A DNA stretch of 50,990 nt from an uncultured Bacteriovoracaceae bacterium (GTDB lineage: Bacteria > Bdellovibrionota > UBA1018): positions 1 through 50,990 of the forward strand of contig CAYXVB010000002.1 in the NCBI GenBank assembly GCA_964467785.1. The letters run 5' to 3'. Within the stretch, counting starts at the first letter, position 1. Every line of letters begins with the position of its first letter. Under the pieces are notes generated by a model. It was given only the letters and a program-made list of their open reading frames with translations, had not been told where the DNA came from and did not search any database. Position numbers and translations under genes: made by a program. Below are positions 1 to 8,385 of this stretch, one piece after another.

Positions 1-1
1 A

Positions 2-1327
2 CGCGAACGCAGCGGACATGGCGAGGTGGAGGACAGACAGCCCGGCGACCTCGGGTGTGCGCAGCCTGCAGCACTGACCTCGAAGCGCAACAACAGCCAG
101 CCTGGGTTGAGGTGGAAGGCGGACGGGCAGGGCAGCCTCAGCCCCGACCAGTACGACCGCCCGGTCGAGTCCTTCTCGGGCGGTTGGAAGATGCGTATCG
201 CGCTGGCCCGCATCCTGGCGCTCAACCCTGACGTCCTGCTCATGGACGAACCGACCAACCATCTCGATCTCGAGAGCATCGTGTGGCTCGAGGAGTGGAT
301 CGTCCAGAGCTTCAAGGGCGCGCTCGTCATGACGAGCCATGACCGCGAGTTCATGAACCGCATCGTGACCCGCATCGTGGAGATCGCCAACAAGCAGATC
401 ACCGTCTACAGCGGCAACTACGAGTTCTACGTGCGCGAGCGCGAGATCCGCCGCGAGCAGCTGCTCGCCGCCCACCAGAAGCAGCAGGACATGCTCGCCA
501 AGGAGGAGGAGTTCATCGCCCGCTTCGCCGCGCGCGCCTCCCACGCCGCGCAGGTTCAGTCCCGCGTAAAAAAGCTCGAAAAGATCGACCGAATCGAGAT
601 CCCGGCCGAAGAGAAGACGATGAAGTTCGACTTCCCTGTTCCGCCTCGCAGCGGCAATGACGTGGTCAAGTTCGACGGCCTGGGCAAGGAGTACGCGCTC
701 GAAAACGGTAAGGTCAAACCCGTGTTCAGCGGAGTCAACGGCGTGGTCTCGCGCCTGGACCGCGTCGCGGTCGTCGGCGTCAACGGCGCCGGCAAGTCGA
801 CGTTGCTCAAGATCGCGACCGGCATGACCGACGCGACCTCCGGCAAATGCACCCTCGGCGCGAGCGTCCATCTCGGATACTTCAGCCAGAACTCGCTCGA
901 CGTCCTCAACCCGAACAAGACGATCTTCGAGGAGATCCACGACCGGATCCCCGACGCGACGATCGGCTATGTCCGCAACCTGCTGGGCGCGTTCAACTTC
1001 TCGGGCGACGACGTCGAAAAGCGAATCGGCGTCCTCTCCGGCGGCGAAAAGAGCCGTGTGGTGCTCGCCACCGTTCTCGCGCGCCCGGTGAACTTCCTGG
1101 TGCTCGACGAACCGACCAACCATCTCGATATCAAGTCGCGCGAAGTGCTCCTGAACGCGATCTTGAATTTCGAAGGCACCGTGATGATCGTGAGCCACGA
1201 TCGTCACTTCCTGCGTTCTATCGCCACCCGCGTGTTCGAAGTCGATCACGGCGAGATGCGCGTGTACCCGGGCAGCTACCAGTACTATCTGGATAGGAAG
1301 AAGGCGGAGACCGGCGCCAAGGCCTGA
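2..1327 (+). CDS. ABC-F family ATPase (two ABC cassettes), 5' end cut by window edge
   Basis: The frame is open to the left edge. The first cassette has signature and Walker B FSGGWKMRIALARIL...LLMDEPTNHLD, followed by a charged linker QKQQDMLAKEEEFIARF. The second cassette has Walker A GVNGAGKST, signature LSGGEKSRV and Walker B LVLDEPTNHLD. The first ~45 codons look atypical, so the frame near the edge is uncertain. Confidence 0.88.
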   Translation, partial: RERSGHGEVEDRQPGDLGCAQPAALTSKRNNSQPGLRWKADGQGSLSPDQYDRPVESFSGGWKMRIALARILALNPDVLLMDEPTNHLDLESIVWLEEWIVQSFKGALVMTSHDREFMNRIVTRIVEIANKQITVYSGNYEFYVREREIRREQLLAAHQKQQDMLAKEEEFIARFAARASHAAQVQSRVKKLEKIDRIEIPAEEKTMKFDFPVPPRSGNDVVKFDGLGKEYALENGKVKPVFSGVNGVVSRLDRVAVVGVNGAGKSTLLKIATGMTDATSGKCTLGASVHLGYFSQNSLDVLNPNKTIFEEIHDRIPDATIGYVRNLLGAFNFSGDDVEKRIGVLSGGEKSRVVLATVLARPVNFLVLDEPTNHLDIKSREVLLNAILNFEGTVMIVSHDRHFLRSIATRVFEVDHGEMRVYPGSYQYYLDRKKAETGAKA

Positions 1328-1374
1328 TCGCTGCGGACCGCGGGCAAGGAACACCCCTTGCTTCTACCCGCGTC

Positions 1375-1935
1375 ATGGGACTCAAAGGCCATCGCGCCAA
1401 CCGCCCGAGTTTCCGCTTCTTGCTCGGCCTGACCGCGCTGGCCGCGTTTTTACTCGCGCCTCTGCCCGAGCCGCATCTGCCGCCAAAGCAGCCGAACCTG
1501 GGAAACTCCGGTCGCGATTCCGGCCAAGCCACAGCCCCATCCGTTGGCCAGGGCGCGGGGCAAGCGGCCCGAGGCCCCGCTGCTGTCGCGCCCGCGGCCC
1601 GCTCTATCCTGGGGGATAAGAGCTATCGCTTTGAAGTCAACCTCGACCCGCGCGGCGGAGTCCGCGTGGACACCCTGGCGACGCTTCACCCCTTGCCGGA
1701 GACGATGACATTTCGGCTGTATCGCGACGACCAGACTTCCAAGAGCATCACCTTGCAGGCCATCAGCCCGCCGCCTGGCTCCACCAAGGTGTATCAGCAG
1801 CCGCACTATTCCGGGGAATACGATCCCGCCAACGGCCCCTATGTCGCTGCCGAAATCCAGTTTCCGATCGGTCCCGGGGACGTGAAGACTTATCGGGCCA
1901 AACTCGCTGAGCGGGCGTGCGAGGAACAGCGGTAG
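1375..1935 (+). CDS. hypothetical secreted protein
   Basis: 186-aa ORF with an N-terminal basic then hydrophobic segment (RFLLGLTALAAFLLAPL). The C-terminal half has ordinary, non-Arg-rich composition. No recognisable domain. Confidence 0.4.
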   Translation: MGLKGHRANRPSFRFLLGLTALAAFLLAPLPEPHLPPKQPNLGNSGRDSGQATAPSVGQGAGQAARGPAAVAPAARSILGDKSYRFEVNLDPRGGVRVDTLATLHPLPETMTFRLYRDDQTSKSITLQAISPPPGSTKVYQQPHYSGEYDPANGPYVAAEIQFPIGPGDVKTYRAKLAERACEEQR

Positions 1936-1944
1936 CCACAGCCC

Positions 1945-2355
1945 TCAAAACAGGCTGTCGTGCTTGAGGTAAGGCATGTACTCCTTATCCTCGCCGAGGA
2001 TGTGGTTTTGCAACCAGCCCTTGAGAAAGGTCATCAGCTCGCCGGAGACATCGACCTCCCCGCGCCCGAACTTATCGCGGAACTCGAGCACCTGGGCGGC
2101 GAGCCGTTCGTGCACTCTCTTGTGCGCCTCGAAGCCGGGAAAGTTGCCGGCCCTCATCGCTTCTTCCTCGTCGCGGAAGTGATACTTGGTGTAGTCGATC
2201 AGGCGATCGAGCAGCACGCCGACGAACATCCGCATCTCGCCCTGTGCGTCCTTGTTCTCATAAAGCTGGTTGATCAGGTGCACGAGCTCTTTGTGCTGGT
2301 AATCGATGTTGCTGTCGTTGACGGAGTACTCGTCTTTCCACTCGAAAAAGGCCAT
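1945..2355 (-). CDS. hemerythrin-like metal-binding protein (bacteriohemerythrin)
   Basis: The 136-aa protein starts FEWKDEYSVNDSNIDYQHKELV and has the spaced His/Glu ligand pattern (H..E, HF..EE, H...H, NHI...D) typical of bacteriohemerythrins. GGGGAG lies upstream of the ATG. Confidence 0.85.
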   Translation of the reverse strand: MAFFEWKDEYSVNDSNIDYQHKELVHLINQLYENKDAQGEMRMFVGVLLDRLIDYTKYHFRDEEEAMRAGNFPGFEAHKRVHERLAAQVLEFRDKFGRGEVDVSGELMTFLKGWLQNHILGEDKEYMPYLKHDSLF

Positions 2356-2461
2356 TTCTAGGCTCCCCTGTTGCGCTGCGGACGGAAATGTTTGGGCTAT
2401 GGACTGCGGCTGTGTCCTTCAAGCTTAAAGAATCCGCGGCGGAGATTCAACAGGGCTCGTC

Positions 2462-3313
2462 CTAAGGACGGAACCCGATGCTCTGTTTGACGGCGCGGTA
2501 TTCGGGATGAATCGATCCGTCCCGGCGTCGAATGACGAGCGCGGGCTCCTCGAAGCCATGATCCCGGATTTCGGGCTGGAGATGTTCGCTCAAGACCATC
2601 CCGAAAAGGCCCAGAAGCGGGAGCTCCCCCTCTTTGAGAACCACCGGACGCCAACGCAAGATCGTGAGCCCGGCGCTGCGGGCGCCTTCGATCACCCGTT
2701 GCAGCTGGTGAGGCGGATTGACCGGAAAAACACACGCGAAAAATCCGCCCTGCCCGAGGTGCCGAGCCGCGGTGCCGCAATAATCGGCCACCGTGCCACG
2801 CACTTCGAAGCGGCAAGCGATCTTTTGCGGATGATCCCCCAGCACTCCCGAGTCGAGCGGAAAATAAGGCGGACTGCCCAGAACGAGATCGAATTTTTCT
2901 TGGGGTTGAATCACACCAGGATCGCGAAAGTCCCCCTGCCGGATCTCATAACGGCTTTCGAGCCCATTATATCGAGCGGAGCGCCGGGCGAGCGCCACGC
3001 TCTGCTCCTGCGCCTCGACTGTCACGAAGCTAGCGAACGGCAGACGCCATGCCGCAGTCATGCCGACCGACCCGATGCCGCTGCCCAGATCGAGCACGCG
3101 GCGGACGGAGGGGGCATGGGACGACCCGTACCAGGCGGTAATGATGTCATCCGTGGAAAAACGGTGGCCGTCGCGGAGCTGGAAGATCTTGAAACGTCCG
3201 CTGAGCGCGTCGAGGGACTCTCCTTCGCCCGTCTGTCCGAGCGCGGGATCGCTTTCGCCCGGGACGCCCTCTCCGGGGACTGCCCAGTTCTTGAAGAAGC
3301 GGACCTCGCTCAA
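2462..3313 (-). CDS. SAM-dependent methyltransferase, TrmN6/YfiC-like (tRNA m6A37-type)
   Basis: Carries the FKIFQLRDGHRFSTDD motif, SAM motif I VLDLGSGIGSVG, and an N6-amino-methyltransferase motif IV variant LGSPPYF (NPPY-like). Overlaps the upstream gene by 4 nt. Confidence 0.7.
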   Translation of the reverse strand: MSEVRFFKNWAVPGEGVPGESDPALGQTGEGESLDALSGRFKIFQLRDGHRFSTDDIITAWYGSSHAPSVRRVLDLGSGIGSVGMTAAWRLPFASFVTVEAQEQSVALARRSARYNGLESRYEIRQGDFRDPGVIQPQEKFDLVLGSPPYFPLDSGVLGDHPQKIACRFEVRGTVADYCGTAARHLGQGGFFACVFPVNPPHQLQRVIEGARSAGLTILRWRPVVLKEGELPLLGLFGMVLSEHLQPEIRDHGFEEPALVIRRRDGSIHPEYRAVKQSIGFRP

Positions 3314-4398
3314 GTGGACGCCTCGCTGTTGCCGGCCTTCAGATAAGGCGTGCGATCCTGCACGGCGACCCTGATTTCCTGGAAAACGATCTTGATCGCA
3401 GTCGCGACTGGAATGGAGATGAGCATGCCCACAAGACCGTAATACTGGCCTCCGATCATGACCGCAAGCACCATGACGATGGGATGCAGATTGACCAGCT
3501 TGGCCACCACCACCGGGAATATCACGGCGGTGTCGATGACGTTGGCGACGACATGAACGCCCAGCACCGGCAGGAAAAGCTGTCGAAGCGGTGGATCCAA
3601 CCAGACCACCAGCAAGCTCGGAATCGCGCCAAGCACCGGTCCGATGTAAGGAATGATGTTGCCCAGCCCCGCGATCGCGCCCAGCACGAGCGCGTAGGGC
3701 TCGCCCACGGCCATCAGCCCGAGCGCGGTGAGCAGGCCTACAAGCGCCGCCTCGACGATCTTGGCCCGCAGGTAATCCGAGAGCGAGGCGGAGATCCGCG
3801 AGGTGACCATGAAAATCGTCTCAAAAAAGCGGTTGGGCACATGCTCGAAGATCTTGCGCCGAAGAATGCGACCGTCCTTCAGCAGCGCGAAGGTCAGCAG
3901 CGGCACCACGAGCAAATGAGTGAAGAACGCGCCCATGAATCCCGGAGCGTTGAGCAGGAACCACTGTCCGGTGGCCTTGCCCCAGCCGTCGAACTTGTCA
4001 GTGACCTGGATCGACTGCAGCGCGGGAAAGCGGCCTTTGAGCTCCGCCTCGAACTGCTGGAGCTGCGTGAGCGTGGACACGAAATAGCGGGGCGCCGAGA
4101 CCCGCAAACCTTCCCACTCGGACATCGCCGTGCGGGCGATCCAGACGGAGGTCAGCCCCATGAGCGCGAAGCCGCCGAGGAAAAGCAGCGTGATCGCCGA
4201 GCCGCGGGTAAAGCCGCGCCGCTCGAGGGCATCGGTCACCGGCGAGAGCATCAGAGCGAGCACGGCCGAGACCGCGGCGGGACTCGAGATCGAGGGCGTG
4301 AGCAGGATGAGCGACACGGCCCCCGCCAATACAAAGATCAGGCCGCAGAGGCGTAGGATGTCGATGCGAAGCTTACTGACGGCTTTCGAGCGCGGCAT
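3310..4398 (-). CDS. AI-2E family transporter (PerM/UPF0118-type permease)
   Basis: 362-aa polytopic membrane protein with the family-typical segment GLGNIIPYIGPVLGAIPSLLV and the FF..HLLVVPLLTFALL region. Confidence 0.8.
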   Translation of the reverse strand: MPRSKAVSKLRIDILRLCGLIFVLAGAVSLILLTPSISSPAAVSAVLALMLSPVTDALERRGFTRGSAITLLFLGGFALMGLTSVWIARTAMSEWEGLRVSAPRYFVSTLTQLQQFEAELKGRFPALQSIQVTDKFDGWGKATGQWFLLNAPGFMGAFFTHLLVVPLLTFALLKDGRILRRKIFEHVPNRFFETIFMVTSRISASLSDYLRAKIVEAALVGLLTALGLMAVGEPYALVLGAIAGLGNIIPYIGPVLGAIPSLLVVWLDPPLRQLFLPVLGVHVVANVIDTAVIFPVVVAKLVNLHPIVMVLAVMIGGQYYGLVGMLISIPVATAIKIVFQEIRVAVQDRTPYLKAGNSEAST

Positions 4399-4990
4399 GA
4401 TTCACCTGATCGGGGAGCCTGTGGATGGTGTCGAGAAGACGGCGCGATAGAACCCGCGAAAGCTGCAGCAGGATCTTTGCGCCCATGGCCGGTTGCCGAG
4501 AGAGGATCTCCATGAGATCCGCCTTGAAGAAACCGATGAGCACGGCCTTTTCGGTCGCGACGGCCGAGGCGCTTCGGATGTTGTCCTCTTCGAGCAACGC
4601 CATCTCGCCGAAGAAGCTGCCGGCCTCCAACCGAGTGACGGGGACCTCTCCGTCCTTGCCCTGCACGAAAATCCCGACCTGGCCGCGGACGATGACGTAG
4701 AGCCCGAAGCCGCTCTTCCCTTCGCGGAAGACCACTTCTTCTTTTTCGTACACCCGCTCGTAGGTCATGTTGGCGACGTACTGGAGCTCGCGCTCGCTCA
4801 AGGTGCTGAACAGGATGTTTTCCTTGAGGGCGGCGACGACAGCGTCGCTGACCTTGGATTTCTTCCGGAAAATGTCCGCCCAAAGGAAGTAGGAACGCGA
4901 GAGAATCGGCATGTCTTTAGGATCGACCCAAGTGCCCCCATACTTGAGGCGTCTTGCCCCGGGCTTCCAGATCAGGCCCCGTTCCCGCAC
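4373..4990 (-). CDS. cyclic nucleotide-binding domain protein
   Basis: cNMP-binding beta-barrel motifs VFREGKSGFGLYVIVRGQV and FFGEMALLEEDNIRSASAVA. The start is uncertain; an alternative ATG lies at 4912. Confidence 0.75.
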   Translation of the reverse strand: MRERGLIWKPGARRLKYGGTWVDPKDMPILSRSYFLWADIFRKKSKVSDAVVAALKENILFSTLSERELQYVANMTYERVYEKEEVVFREGKSGFGLYVIVRGQVGIFVQGKDGEVPVTRLEAGSFFGEMALLEEDNIRSASAVATEKAVLIGFFKADLMEILSRQPAMGAKILLQLSRVLSRRLLDTIHRLPDQVNHAALESRQ

Positions 4991-5000
4991 CGCGGTCGCG

Positions 5001-7043
5001 TCAAATCGATGACAGGATCGCGAATTGGCGATGGGCGCGCACGCGCCCCTCGGCCCGCTCCCGCTCCGACTCCGGCACGCCCAGCGGCAGCCGGGCCGTG
5101 CTCCGCTCCCAGCGCGCGAGCCAATCGCGCCCTAGCAACCGCGAAGCGAATGCGGAGCGTTCGGGATCAGTGAGTGCGAGAGTGGAATCCGCCTTGGGAC
5201 CGGTGCCCACGCCCTGCGCGACAAAAAAACCGGAGGCGAGCAAGGTCGCACGGACCGCCGTGGAGTTGGAGTAAGTGAACAGCTCCACAGCCGCTTGGCC
5301 GAAAATCCCACGCAACTTCTCGAAGCAATCCAGTGCCCAGAGGGGCGAATCCACTTTGGGCGAAAACGGATCGTAAAACACGAGCGCCGGTACCGGAGCA
5401 TGGGGTGCCTGTTCGAGAAAGTCGCCTTCCCTGAGCTCCCAGCGCAGTTTACCGCCCGCACCGCTCCACGCTCCGTCACGGAGCAACGCCTGTGGCGCTC
5501 CGTGATGCAGATGAGGAAAGCCGGGCGCATGGGCGAGCGCCAGCCGGAGCGCGTCGAGGTCCCGCTCAAAGCTCACCATTCGCAGCGGGCGCGCGAGCCT
5601 CCCCTCACGTGCCAGGGATTCCGCCTCACGAAGGGTCGCCATGGCGTTGGCCGCCATGCCCATGCCGACATCCCAAACGATCAACTCGATCCCCGCGTCC
5701 GCCGGCTGGGAAAGACGTTCCCGAAGCCCTGACTGCTCCACGTAAAGCCTGCGGGCCTCCTCGCTCGGCTCGATCACCGAATGCATGACCTCGCCCGAGT
5801 CGCGGTCGCGCACGCTCCACCCCCCGGACGCGAGCTCGGCCAGCTCGAACCGGCCCAGCTCGCGCTGGGGCTGCTTGCGTTTTTTGGCGCGAGGCGGACG
5901 GATCGGGTTTTCCGGATCCTCGAGCACGAGTCGCTCGCGCTCCTCGCGATAAAAGGCTGGGAAGCGGCCTTCGACGATGGCGGAGCGGATTCGCCGCATC
6001 AGCTCGTGGTAGAAGTGGATGTTGTGTCGCCCGATCAGGCTCCAGCCCAGGACCTCGCGAGCGGCCACGAGATGATGGAGGTAAGCGCGAGAGTACCGCG
6101 TGCAGGTATCGCACGTACACTCGGGATCCAGTGGCTCTTTCGAAAGCTTGTAGGTCCCGCGTCTGAGCTGGACGCGTCCCCGCGAGGTGTAGGCCGTGCC
6201 CTGCTGGGCCAGCGCCGTCGGCAGGATGCAGTCAAAAAGATCCACTCCGCGGCTCACGGCCTCGAGCAAATCGATCGGCGTACCCACGCCCATCAAATAG
6301 CGCGGCTTGTCCGTCGGCAAAAGCTCCGCGGTAAGCGCGGTGAAGTCCTCCCGCTGCGCGCGGGTCTCGCCCACCGCAAGACCGCCGATGGCGAAACCGT
6401 CGAACGGGAGCGACGTGATCGCTCGGGCGCTGGCTCGCCTTAGGTCCTCGAAGCAGGCTCCCTGCACGATGCCAAAGATCGATTGGCTCGACTCCTCCGT
6501 GCGCGTGGCCAAGGAGCGCTCGGCCCAACGATGGGTGCGATCCATCGCGCGGAGCGCGGTGGCGTGGTCGCAAGTCGACGGTACGCACTGGTCAAAGGCC
6601 ATCGCGATGTCGCTGCCGATCGAGCGCTGCACGGACAGGCTCCGCTCCGGTGTGAGACGCACCGGCGCGGCGTCCGGATGCGGACGAAAGGTCGCGCCCT
6701 CGTCGTCCACGGAGACTTGATGGTCGAGCGAAAAAACCTGGAAACCGCCCGAGTCCGTGAGCACCAAGCCGTCCCAGCGCATAAAGCGGTGAATGCCACC
6801 AAGCGCTTCGAGCGTTTCCGGTCCGGGCCGCAACATGAGGTGATACGTATTGGCGAGCAGGATCCGCGATCCCGACTCCGCGAGCCAGTCGGCGGTCTGG
6901 CCACGCACTGTGGCCTGCGTGCCCACGGGCATGAAAGCCGGAGTGAGCACCTCGCCCCGACGGGAATGGAGAACGCCGGCACGGGCGCGCGTCACCGAGC
7001 AGGTGGCCTGGAGCTCCAAAGTCACTCTTGGCTGCGAGACCAT
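5001..7043 (-). CDS. tgt: tRNA-guanine transglycosylase (queuine-type Tgt) fused to a C-terminal MnmC-type SAM methyltransferase-like domain
   Basis: The N-terminal ~385 aa carry TPAFMPVGT, LVLTDSGGFQVFSL, and the zinc site CTCDTCTRYSRAYLHHL. The C-terminal ~290 aa carry LIVWDVGMGMAANA and VFYDPFSPKVDSPLW...LFTYSNSTAVRATLLASGFFV, which resembles the MnmC methyltransferase domain (FLDGFAPAKNPxMW...TY..a..VRr.L..aGF). Confidence 0.85.
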   Translation of the reverse strand: MVSQPRVTLELQATCSVTRARAGVLHSRRGEVLTPAFMPVGTQATVRGQTADWLAESGSRILLANTYHLMLRPGPETLEALGGIHRFMRWDGLVLTDSGGFQVFSLDHQVSVDDEGATFRPHPDAAPVRLTPERSLSVQRSIGSDIAMAFDQCVPSTCDHATALRAMDRTHRWAERSLATRTEESSQSIFGIVQGACFEDLRRASARAITSLPFDGFAIGGLAVGETRAQREDFTALTAELLPTDKPRYLMGVGTPIDLLEAVSRGVDLFDCILPTALAQQGTAYTSRGRVQLRRGTYKLSKEPLDPECTCDTCTRYSRAYLHHLVAAREVLGWSLIGRHNIHFYHELMRRIRSAIVEGRFPAFYREERERLVLEDPENPIRPPRAKKRKQPQRELGRFELAELASGGWSVRDRDSGEVMHSVIEPSEEARRLYVEQSGLRERLSQPADAGIELIVWDVGMGMAANAMATLREAESLAREGRLARPLRMVSFERDLDALRLALAHAPGFPHLHHGAPQALLRDGAWSGAGGKLRWELREGDFLEQAPHAPVPALVFYDPFSPKVDSPLWALDCFEKLRGIFGQAAVELFTYSNSTAVRATLLASGFFVAQGVGTGPKADSTLALTDPERSAFASRLLGRDWLARWERSTARLPLGVPESERERAEGRVRAHRQFAILSSI

Positions 7044-7050
7044 CCGCCGG

Positions 7051-8157
7051 TCACTTCCTGGCCGGCGCGCTCGCCCGAGGCGAAGCGCCTATGCGGGTGA
7101 CGCCCACGATGCAGATTTCCCGCTTATTGGATCGCAGTTGCAAGGCTTTGACCCGGCTCATCCCCAGGGCGCGCACGCGCTCGATCCACTCCGGAATCTC
7201 GATCGCGAACTCGGGCTCATTGAGCTTGAACGTCAGGATCACTCCCTTGAGGGTGTCCTTCATTCGCCCGGCCAGGCGCTCCACTTGGTGCAGGGTCACG
7301 CTGGGAGCGACGTTCATGTCGAGCAAGAGCCAGTCGATCTTGGCAGGCAGGTCCTCGCGCCGGACAGCGGCGACCGGAGCGCGAAGGTGCTGAAAACTCG
7401 GATGAGCGACCACGCGCGGATCCATTTCGGCGGGATCGATGCCAATGACCTGGAGACCGCGTTGGAGCAGCGCGAAGCTCGCGCCCCCCGGGCTGCTGCC
7501 GATTTCGACTGCCGTGTCCCCCCGGTTGAGCGGAGCGCCGGAAGCGATCACTGCCTCTTCTAGCTTGAGATAGGCGCGCGAAGGGGCGCCCTTAGGGAGC
7601 TCGACCTGCGGATCTCCACCGGGATAGGGCGAATGTCCCGGACCCTGGACGTGGTAACCCAGCCACCACTCGCTCTCCTCGACGATCACAACGCTCAGGA
7701 CCGGGTCCCCCTCCCGGGCCAGCGCTTCTTCCTCGAAAAGTCCGGTGCCGGACCGGGCGGCTTCGCCTTCGATGGACTGGAGGGCCTGCTCGGCAAGCGC
7801 GCGTGGCTCGAATCCCGGCGGCTCCTCGCCCGGAACAAAACGGTCGCGTTCGAAAACATGGAGGCGAAACTTGCGCTCACCTAGCCCGACCGAGACGCGG
7901 AGCTTGGCGGCGGCTTCCAGGAGCTCGGGTGCGCCGGCGGCCTTGCCGGCTGAGAGCGCAAAGGCGCGCGCGAAGACGGATTTCAGGGCAAAATCAGGGG
8001 TGAAAAGTCGCTTTTCGTCCGCGTTCTTGAAGGTCACGAAACCGGGACGGGAGTAGGAGAACCGCAGCTCGGGCAGGTCCCGGGCGAATTCGTCTTTTAA
8101 AAGCTTTTCCGCCCCGGCCTGGCAGACGGTCATCAAAAACTTACTGCTATAGGTCAT
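7051..8157 (-). CDS. rlmM: RlmM-like 23S rRNA 2'-O-ribose methyltransferase (THUMP-like N-domain + FtsJ-type MTase)
   Basis: SRAYLKLEEA precedes the SAM motif AVEIGSSPGGASFALLQRG, with WLLLDMNVAP following. I place the start at ATG 8157 (MTYSSKF..., 368 aa) rather than the 405-aa track start, because the upstream part is Arg/Pro-rich. The gap to tgt is 7 nt. Confidence 0.65.
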   Translation of the reverse strand: MTYSSKFLMTVCQAGAEKLLKDEFARDLPELRFSYSRPGFVTFKNADEKRLFTPDFALKSVFARAFALSAGKAAGAPELLEAAAKLRVSVGLGERKFRLHVFERDRFVPGEEPPGFEPRALAEQALQSIEGEAARSGTGLFEEEALAREGDPVLSVVIVEESEWWLGYHVQGPGHSPYPGGDPQVELPKGAPSRAYLKLEEAVIASGAPLNRGDTAVEIGSSPGGASFALLQRGLQVIGIDPAEMDPRVVAHPSFQHLRAPVAAVRREDLPAKIDWLLLDMNVAPSVTLHQVERLAGRMKDTLKGVILTFKLNEPEFAIEIPEWIERVRALGMSRVKALQLRSNKREICIVGVTRIGASPRASAPARK

Positions 8158-8385
8158 GCACCGGACCCTATAGCACAGCTCCCCGCGCCTGTCTGGCTCC
8201 CATTGGAGACCCAGGCAAGGTCCAGGTCGTTGATCTGATTGGGATGTCGCCCGGGTCAGCCCGGACACAGTTGCACGCCCGATGAGGGTAAACTATCCTT
8301 AAATCAAGAACTCAGGAGCGCCGTTGTGCGTTTGTTAACCGAGCAGCCTCTGCTCGAGCTCCCGGGAACCCAGGAACTAGAATTT

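Noticed and set aside
1328-1374. Hairpin GCAAGG-AACACC-CCTTGC after the ABC-F gene as a terminator
   Set aside because: It has a short 6-bp stem and no following T-tract, and only 47 nt separate it from the next start. The support is insufficient.
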